Positions 59,301-64,000 of a stretch of DNA of 64,000 nucleotides are shown in pieces. The position numbers and the translations under genes were made by a program. The DNA is from an uncultured delta proteobacterium (GTDB lineage Bacteria > Myxococcota_A > Polyangia > Polyangiales > Polyangiaceae), in contig CAWDXG010000004.1 in NCBI GenBank assembly GCA_963806225.1, positions 5,312,001 through 5,376,000 on the forward strand. Direction: 5' to 3'. The notes under the pieces are model-generated. The model was given only the letters and a program-made list of their open reading frames with translations, did no database searches and was not told the DNA's origin. Within the stretch, counting starts at the first letter, position 1. Every line of letters begins with the position of its first letter.

Positions 59301-59370
59301 CGACAGCGAGCACCGCGAACAGGAACAACACCGAGCGCTGGTGCGCTTCGAGCCAGGAACGGAAGCTCAT
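56326..59370 (-). CDS. RND efflux permease
   Basis: LPVGLFP, TRPLEEAI, AIGLVLDDGIVMVE, RFRPILMT; 12-TM layout. Confidence 0.93.
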   Translation of the reverse strand: MSFRSWLEAHQRSVLFLFAVLAVGGIASLWSLPVGLFPRATFPRVVVNVDAGDRPADRMVVEVTRPLEEAIRGVQGVRSVRSNTSRGSADISVDFDWGVDMVASTLLVDSAISQAVGSLPSGVSYEVRRMDPTVFPVIGLSLSSKSRSLVELRDRALYDLGPRLSTIRGVSRIRVQGGRTEELQVLVDPVRLDAAGVTLDDVVRAVSAANVVQAVGRLEQQEKLYLVLSDTQFTNLGELEHVIVKQSPKGVVLLDDVATVRDAPAPQWTRVVAHGRDAVLVDVYQQRNGNTVQIASDLRQRLDEYKARAPKDLEIRTWYDQTDLINASVSAVRDAALIGVLLAVLVLWLFLRNLRITLVASICVPAVLAITLLLLRAMGQGINIMTLGGMASAIGLVLDDGIVMVEHGIHRLRGSGHGRRDTLLEAAREMAVPLTGSSLATVTVFVPLAFLSGVTGAFFKALSLTMASALVVSYLFAFLGVPLLSAMMLRPRDAKTEDIGPILGKVLSGYRRLLTALLARPAWLLLGVVPLLALGWVAYRHTGSGFMPAMDEGGFVLDYRAPPGTSLTETDRRLRQLEKILQSIPEVSSYSRRTGIQLGGGLTEANEGDYFVRLKPPPRRTIDEVMDEVREKVQQRVPGVTIELAQLMEDLIGDLTAVPQPIEVKLFGATPDQLRTEARRVAARIRKVNGVVDVKSGVVLAGDALDIRVDRLKAERLGLDPEEVTHLAEVVVGGVVTTQVQRGEKMVGIRVWTEPELRKRMAQIRDLPLITSNGTRVRLGRVASIERKVGQPQITRDNLKTMVAVTGRISGRDMGSVMKDVKSAVGGMSMPPGAYVGYGGLYQEQQKSFRGLIGVMVAAVLLLFALLLYLYERFSAPLAILAVALLSTTAVFSGLWWTGTELNITSMMGLTMIVGISSEAAVFYMSQWKDLDPAMPADERLLEAGVLRFRPILMTALAAILALVPLALSIGQGSAMLAPLAIAIISGLVLTVPAVLLVLPVLFHLLGGTRGQRA

Positions 59371-60428
59371 GAGCCGTCCGTAGAGGGTTTCGAAATGCGT
59401 ACGGCCATGCCGTCGGCGAGGCTGGAGCGGCCGACGGTGGCGACGTGCTGTCCGGGCGACAGCCCCTTCTCCACTTCGACAAGATGCTGGCCGCGGATGC
59501 CGAGCGTGACCTCCTTCCAGTGCGCGTGACCCTTGTCGATAACGTACACGCCGGTCTTGCCGCCATGATCGAGCAGCGCCTCGCGCGGGATCCGCACGGC
59601 GTTGTCATGGGCCTGGACCACAACGTCCACTCGTACGGCGAGCCCGGTCGCCATCCAGTCGGGCGCCGCGGGAACGTTGATCACGCCTTGAACCAGCTGG
59701 GTGGCGGGATCGACCACGCGATGCATGGTGGAAAGCCGAGCCTTAACCCGGGCGCCACGGGGACCGCGGTAGACCGGTTCGAGCCACACGGTCAGTCCGG
59801 CCTCCAGCTCGGCGAGATTCTCGACCTCGAAGCCGGCGCGGACGGTCATGTCCCGGCCCGCAGCAAGCACAACCGCGGGCTTGCCCGCCGGCACCACATC
59901 GCCGCGCTGCACCAGGACCGCGGCCACGACTCCATCCATGGACGCGCGAAGGCGCGCACCGCCCGCGCCGCCGCCTCCCAGCGCCCTGAGCCCGGCCACA
60001 GCCGCCGCCGATTGCTTCTCGGCGTTCTGCAGATCCTGGTTGGTGGCCAGCTTCTCGTCGACCAGGTGCTGCACCCGGGCGAGCTCGCGCTTGGCGAACT
60101 CGGCTTCGATGCGCGCCTGCTGGACCTCGGGCGAACCACTCGGCATCGGCCCGACTGTGAGCAGCGTATCGCCCTTCTTGACCGTCTGGCCCGCGATCAC
60201 CGCGACGCCGAGCACCTGCCCGGGCTTGATGACCGCGACGCTGCGTTGGCGATCCGACGCGAATTCGACTGTGCCGTAGGTTTCGATGATGCGTTCGACG
60301 TGTCCGCGGCTGACGGCCCCGATCTCGATGGCGGCGTTCGGCGCGGAGGAGCTCTCGTTGGAGCCGGTGCTGCTGGCGTGACATCCGGCGAGCGCCGCGA
60401 ACAGCAACCCGGCAAGCAGGCGTTTCAT
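59367..60428 (-). CDS. RND periplasmic adaptor (MFP), lipoprotein
   Basis: LAGC lipobox; GQTVKKGDTL, LRASMDGVV, GLSPGQHV. Confidence 0.9.
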   Translation of the reverse strand: MKRLLAGLLFAALAGCHASSTGSNESSSAPNAAIEIGAVSRGHVERIIETYGTVEFASDRQRSVAVIKPGQVLGVAVIAGQTVKKGDTLLTVGPMPSGSPEVQQARIEAEFAKRELARVQHLVDEKLATNQDLQNAEKQSAAAVAGLRALGGGGAGGARLRASMDGVVAAVLVQRGDVVPAGKPAVVLAAGRDMTVRAGFEVENLAELEAGLTVWLEPVYRGPRGARVKARLSTMHRVVDPATQLVQGVINVPAAPDWMATGLAVRVDVVVQAHDNAVRIPREALLDHGGKTGVYVIDKGHAHWKEVTLGIRGQHLVEVEKGLSPGQHVATVGRSSLADGMAVRISKPSTDGS

Positions 60429-61819
60429 GGCGCGCTCCTCGAGCCGAGCGGGCCGCCGCAGGCCGTCTGCAGGCCGACCTCGGCTTCAGCCAGCGCCTGC
60501 GACAGGTTTGCCTGCTCGAGCCGCTGGTTGAACAGGGCGGTACGCACCGTCTGGTACGAGAGGCGATCGAGATCGCCTCTTGCCACGGCGGCGCGTTCCT
60601 GCTGTTCGATGTTCGTGAGCCCGGGGATCGACGCCTTGACCTCCGGCAGCTGGCGCCGGAGCAGCGCGGAGAGGCGGCGCAGCCGCCTGAGATCCGCCCG
60701 CGTGGACGCGACGCGCGCGTCGTACTCGAAGCGCAGACGCTGTCGCGTCGCGCGTCCGATCGCCACGCTCCCCTGGTTGCGATTGAACAGCGGCAGCTCG
60801 AAGCTCACGAAGCCCCCGATGAACTGCAGCGCGGTCTCGTTGCGCTGGTAGTGCACGCCCACGACGATATCCGGGAACTGCTCCAGCACCGCCTGCCGGA
60901 CGCGCTCCTGCCCGGCCACGTAACCGCGGCGTAGCGCCTGGAGGTCGAGCCGGTGCGCGAGACACGCGTCCAGCACCGTGGCGTCGGTCCGGGGCGCAGA
61001 GCCGGGCGTGGTCGGCGCCGTCACCTGGAGCGTGTGCTGGCGCGGCTCGCCGAGTAGCGCCAGGAGGTCGCTCTCGGTGTTCGTCTCGGCTTGCTCGAGG
61101 TCGTGCACGGTCGTGCGCACGCCTTCCAGCGACGCGCGCTGCACGCCGACCTGCCCCAGCGTCGCGTCGCCGGAACTGCTGGCGGCCCGGAGCGCGTCGG
61201 CGAGCTTCTGCTCGAAACCTAGTTCCTCGCGTGCGAGCGCGAGCCGCCGGCGGACCCAGGCGAGCCGCACCGTGAGAAGCCGCGCCTGCTCGGCCACCTG
61301 CCACTCCTGCCAGGCGATGCCCAGATCGATTTGCTCGAGCGATGCCTGGGCAGCCGCGCGACGCGCGCCGCGCGTGACGAACGTGCGCGTGTCGACCGAC
61401 AGGCTCAAGTCGAGCAGGTTCGTCGCGCCCGCTGCGCCGTTCCCATACGGGTGGTCCAGCGCCACGCTGAACACCGGGTTCGGCAGAATGCCGGCGTCGA
61501 TGAGCTGCGCACGGCCGACGTCGTGCTCGCTGCGTGCCGCGACCAGGTCAGGGTCGAGCAGCACGGCCAGCACCGCCGCCTCGTCCGGATCGAGCCCGTC
61601 GGAGAGGTCGACGCGCACCGGCGCGAGCGCCTGGTGCTTCAGCTCCTCGGCACGGACTTTGAGCCGTGGCGATTCCAATAGCGGCCGAGGCGGAGGCGCA
61701 GTGACGGGCGGCAACGGCCGTGGATGCAGCGATGCGCAGGCAACTGCAAGCAGAGGTGTTGCCAACGCAGCGGCAGCGCTTCGGCGGTAAAGGGAGCGAT
61801 TTGTAGAAAGGGCGCTCAT
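60425..61819 (-). CDS. TolC family outer-membrane factor, lipoprotein
   Basis: LAVAC lipobox; AGILPNP, LPLFNRNQG; helical repeats. Confidence 0.9.
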   Translation of the reverse strand: MSALSTNRSLYRRSAAAALATPLLAVACASLHPRPLPPVTAPPPRPLLESPRLKVRAEELKHQALAPVRVDLSDGLDPDEAAVLAVLLDPDLVAARSEHDVGRAQLIDAGILPNPVFSVALDHPYGNGAAGATNLLDLSLSVDTRTFVTRGARRAAAQASLEQIDLGIAWQEWQVAEQARLLTVRLAWVRRRLALAREELGFEQKLADALRAASSSGDATLGQVGVQRASLEGVRTTVHDLEQAETNTESDLLALLGEPRQHTLQVTAPTTPGSAPRTDATVLDACLAHRLDLQALRRGYVAGQERVRQAVLEQFPDIVVGVHYQRNETALQFIGGFVSFELPLFNRNQGSVAIGRATRQRLRFEYDARVASTRADLRRLRRLSALLRRQLPEVKASIPGLTNIEQQERAAVARGDLDRLSYQTVRTALFNQRLEQANLSQALAEAEVGLQTACGGPLGSRSAP

Positions 61820-61829
61820 GGGAGTCCGA

Positions 61830-62942
61830 CTATCGCCGATTCTGCGGCGCGCCTGGAGCAGGCAGAGCGAGGGTAAAACGAGCGCCGGCGCCGGGTGCGT
61901 CGCCCACCTCCAGCCGCCCGCCGTGGTGTTCTGCGATTCGCTTGGCGATGGCGAGGCCCAGGCCGGCGCCATCGCCGAGTGCCCCGCTCCCCCTCGTGTG
62001 GGGCGCAAAGATAGCGTCGCGTTGTTCCCGCGGGACACCGGGTCCGGTGTCGTCGACGTGCGTTCGCACCTCGTCGTCCGTTTTCTCGATGGAGAGTGTG
62101 ACCCGCCCCGCCGGGCCCGCGTAGCGAAGGGCGTTGTCGAGCAGGTTGGATAGTGCGATGAGGAGCGCGTCGGCATCGCCGTCGACCTGGACCGGTCCCG
62201 CTGCTGGCTCGATGACGAGGGTAGGGCTTGCTCCCTCACGCTCCTGTCGTGTGGAAACCGCGCTGTCGACGATGGCGATCAAGTCGACGGGCCGCGCGCC
62301 GGCAGGCGGAGCGGCGTCGGCGCGGGCAAGGCGGAGCATCGCGCTGACGAGCTTCGCGAGCCGTCGGGTCTCATCCAGGGTTGTGCGGGCTGTGGCTTCC
62401 CATTCCCCGGGCGTCCGCGTTCTCCTGAGAGCGACTTCGAGCTGGCTCGCAACGACGGACAGGGGCGTTCTGAGCTCGTGGGAAACATCGTCAGCGAACC
62501 GAGCCAGCGAAGCGCTTCCCTGCTCCAGCCGGTCGAAGAGCTGGTTGAGCGCCGTGACAAGCTGCGCGAGCTCGTCATCGCCTGGCGGCACCGGGAGCCG
62601 GCGGTCGAGATGCTGGGCAGTCATGCCTTCCGCCGCGCTGATCACGTCGTCCACCGGCTCCAGCGCCCGCCGCGTGACCCAGAGTGCACCGCCCACCGCG
62701 AGACCGACGCCAACCGGGGCAGCAAAGGCCATCGCGAACAGCACCTCTTCGAGCACGGCGCCCGGCGTGTCATCCGACTCGGCGGTGGCGGCCTGTCCTG
62801 GCGGGTCGTCATGCGCTTCCTGCCAGGCGACCGCAAAGAACGCGACGACTGCGAACACGACCAGAGCCGCCGCGGTGGAGACGCCGACCCATCCGCTGAT
62901 GCGGCGCGCCAGGCCGCCACTGCCCGGCCGCATGTCAGCCAC
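61830..62942 (-). CDS. HAMP-domain sensor histidine kinase
   Basis: 2 TM, HAMP, DVSHELRTPL, NLLDNALRY, DTGPGV, GLGLAI. Confidence 0.95.
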   Translation of the reverse strand: MADMRPGSGGLARRISGWVGVSTAAALVVFAVVAFFAVAWQEAHDDPPGQAATAESDDTPGAVLEEVLFAMAFAAPVGVGLAVGGALWVTRRALEPVDDVISAAEGMTAQHLDRRLPVPPGDDELAQLVTALNQLFDRLEQGSASLARFADDVSHELRTPLSVVASQLEVALRRTRTPGEWEATARTTLDETRRLAKLVSAMLRLARADAAPPAGARPVDLIAIVDSAVSTRQEREGASPTLVIEPAAGPVQVDGDADALLIALSNLLDNALRYAGPAGRVTLSIEKTDDEVRTHVDDTGPGVPREQRDAIFAPHTRGSGALGDGAGLGLAIAKRIAEHHGGRLEVGDAPGAGARFTLALPAPGAPQNRR

Positions 62943-63612
62943 CAGCGCTCACCGGCACGAGCCGGAACCCTGTGCCGCGGACCGTTTCGATGTGCACGGG
63001 CGCGTCCTGCAACTTGCGGCGCAGGTGTGCGATATGCACGTCGAGCAGATTCGTTCCTGGGTTGAAGTCGTAGCCGAACGCCTCGCGCAGTATCTCCTCC
63101 CGCGACACCACGTCGCCCCGTCGGCGCAGCAGAAGCGTCAACAGCGCATATTCGCGGGGCGACAGGTTGATCCGCGATCCGGCGGTCGCGACGGTCCGGT
63201 GATCGGCCTCGAGTGACAGCCCGGGCAGTCCGGGCGAGCCACGACGGGGGGCTGCAGCACGACGCAAGAGGGCGCGCATTCGTGCCAGGAGCTCCTCGAA
63301 CGCGAACGGCTTGACCAGATAGTCGTCCGCGCCGCGGTCCAGTGCTGCCACGCGTGAGGTGACCGCGTCCCGGGCGGTCAACACCAGAATCGGTGCGCCG
63401 ATCCCGCTCTTCCTCGCTTCGCTGATCACATCGAGACCGTCAATGTCGGGGAGCCCGAGGTCCAGGACGACCGCGTCCACGTCGTCGGTGCGCAGACGTT
63501 GAAGCGCAGCCCGCCCGAGGCCCGTCGTTTCGACCGTGAACCCTTCCTCCCGTAGCCCTTGTGCGAGTGACGCCGCCAGGCGGGCGTTGTCCTCGACGAT
63601 GAGAGCGTCCAT
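62935..63612 (-). CDS. OmpR-family response regulator
   Basis: MDALIVED, LDLGLPDIDG, GADDYLVKPF, LSPREY, IETVRGTGF. Confidence 0.95.
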   Translation of the reverse strand: MDALIVEDNARLAASLAQGLREEGFTVETTGLGRAALQRLRTDDVDAVVLDLGLPDIDGLDVISEARKSGIGAPILVLTARDAVTSRVAALDRGADDYLVKPFAFEELLARMRALLRRAAAPRRGSPGLPGLSLEADHRTVATAGSRINLSPREYALLTLLLRRRGDVVSREEILREAFGYDFNPGTNLLDVHIAHLRRKLQDAPVHIETVRGTGFRLVPVSAGG

Positions 63613-63652
63613 GTGTCGATCCGCTAGCATACCCACCAGGTCGCTCGCGTAT

Positions 63653-63670
63653 CTTAATCGACTCTTAACG
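63653..63670. promoter_or_regulatory. OmpR-family (PmrA/QseB-like) direct-repeat box
   Basis: CTTAAT-CGACT-CTTAAC, 11-bp period, upstream of the response regulator. Confidence 0.65.
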
Positions 63671-63757
63671 GTCCGCCGTAGCCGGATCCGCCATCCTCGT
63701 CGCATGCGGTTCCGGGACAGCCCTCGCGCCAGCAACGCGGGCGCGATTTCAAGGTAG

Positions 63758-63845
63758 ATGCTGAACAAGGGTCCTGGAAGTCACCCTCTTGTTCTGGTTG
63801 CTGCTCGGCGTCGTGGGCACGCTCATGACGGACAACCTGACCGAC
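63758..63845 (+). pseudogene. Internally deleted remnant of a DUF347/COG4705-type membrane protein gene
   Basis: MLNK-(+1)-VLEVTLLFW joined to LLGVVGTLMTDNLTD; from recall these match the family's N-terminal KVPEVTxxFW motif and a later GTLxTDNLTD motif. Confidence 0.55.
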
Positions 63846-63846
63846 C

Positions 63847-63864
63847 GTTCATCGAGTCTTAACG
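63847..63864. promoter_or_regulatory. Second copy of the OmpR-type box
   Basis: GTTCATCGAGTCTTAACG matches 63653-63670 at 15/18 positions. Confidence 0.55.
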
Positions 63865-63917
63865 AGCCAATCCGCTGGGCGGCTGCATGCTTGTCTACAC
63901 CATGGAGGTATTTCCCA

Positions 63918-64000
63918 ATGCGTAGCAAGCTTTCCAGTATTTGTGTCGCCCTGTCCGTCGGTGTTGCCGTTTCGCTCGTCGCTGTGGCGTCGAGCGCATC
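63918..64000 (+). CDS. 5' end of an exported protein (truncated by window)
   Basis: GGAGG RBS; MRSKLSSICVALSVGVAVSLVAVASSA signal peptide. Confidence 0.7.
   Translation, partial: MRSKLSSICVALSVGVAVSLVAVASSA

Noticed and set aside
49061..64000. Efflux region as a mobile genomic island
   Set aside because: Codon use looks slightly more relaxed by eye, but no integrase, transposase, tRNA or flanking repeats are visible and I cannot compute composition.

Overview
Very GC-rich, densely coding bacterial chromosome segment. The gene style (many lipoproteins with Pro/Asp-Ala-Gly linkers, Cys-rich lipoproteins, sigma-54 promoters, a CheB/CheR fusion) suggests a myxobacterium (Myxococcota, Polyangiaceae-like); this is inferred. 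About 50 genes are supportable. Left to right: an XRE-cupin regulator; a minus-strand block of cobalamin-dependent radical SAM enzyme, rhombosortase, VIT-vWA protein with a GlyGly-CTERM-like tail, and NlpC/P60-like lipoprotein; an SDR plus divergent QueA-like pair; a TPR protein and ABC exporter; a hemerythrin-domain protein; a Zn-ribbon/TolB membrane protein; a metallophosphoesterase; a di-heme cytochrome with IorAB-type molybdoenzyme; an AhbD/NirJ-like radical SAM; small lipoproteins; TerB; a beta-propeller/phosphoesterase; SDR plus DUF1295; CBS proteins; a TetR-hotdog-FabG4-like-thiolase-2xACAD operon; CheB/CheR plus hybrid kinase; orphan lipoproteins; a third radical SAM; a 44-aa basic protein; a BlaI/M56-linked RND pump; a phospholipase C-type phosphoesterase; and a two-component-linked TolC-MFP-RND pump. 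No rRNA, tRNA, CRISPR array, transposase or integrase was recognised. Four otherwise intact genes carry single-base +1 insertions, probably sequencing errors. Best candidate for an undescribed system: the B12-radical SAM enzyme (633-2517), fused through an internal lipoprotein-like signal to an 83-aa tail with four D-P-x-P-P-P motifs. It may be a self-modifying enzyme-substrate fusion.
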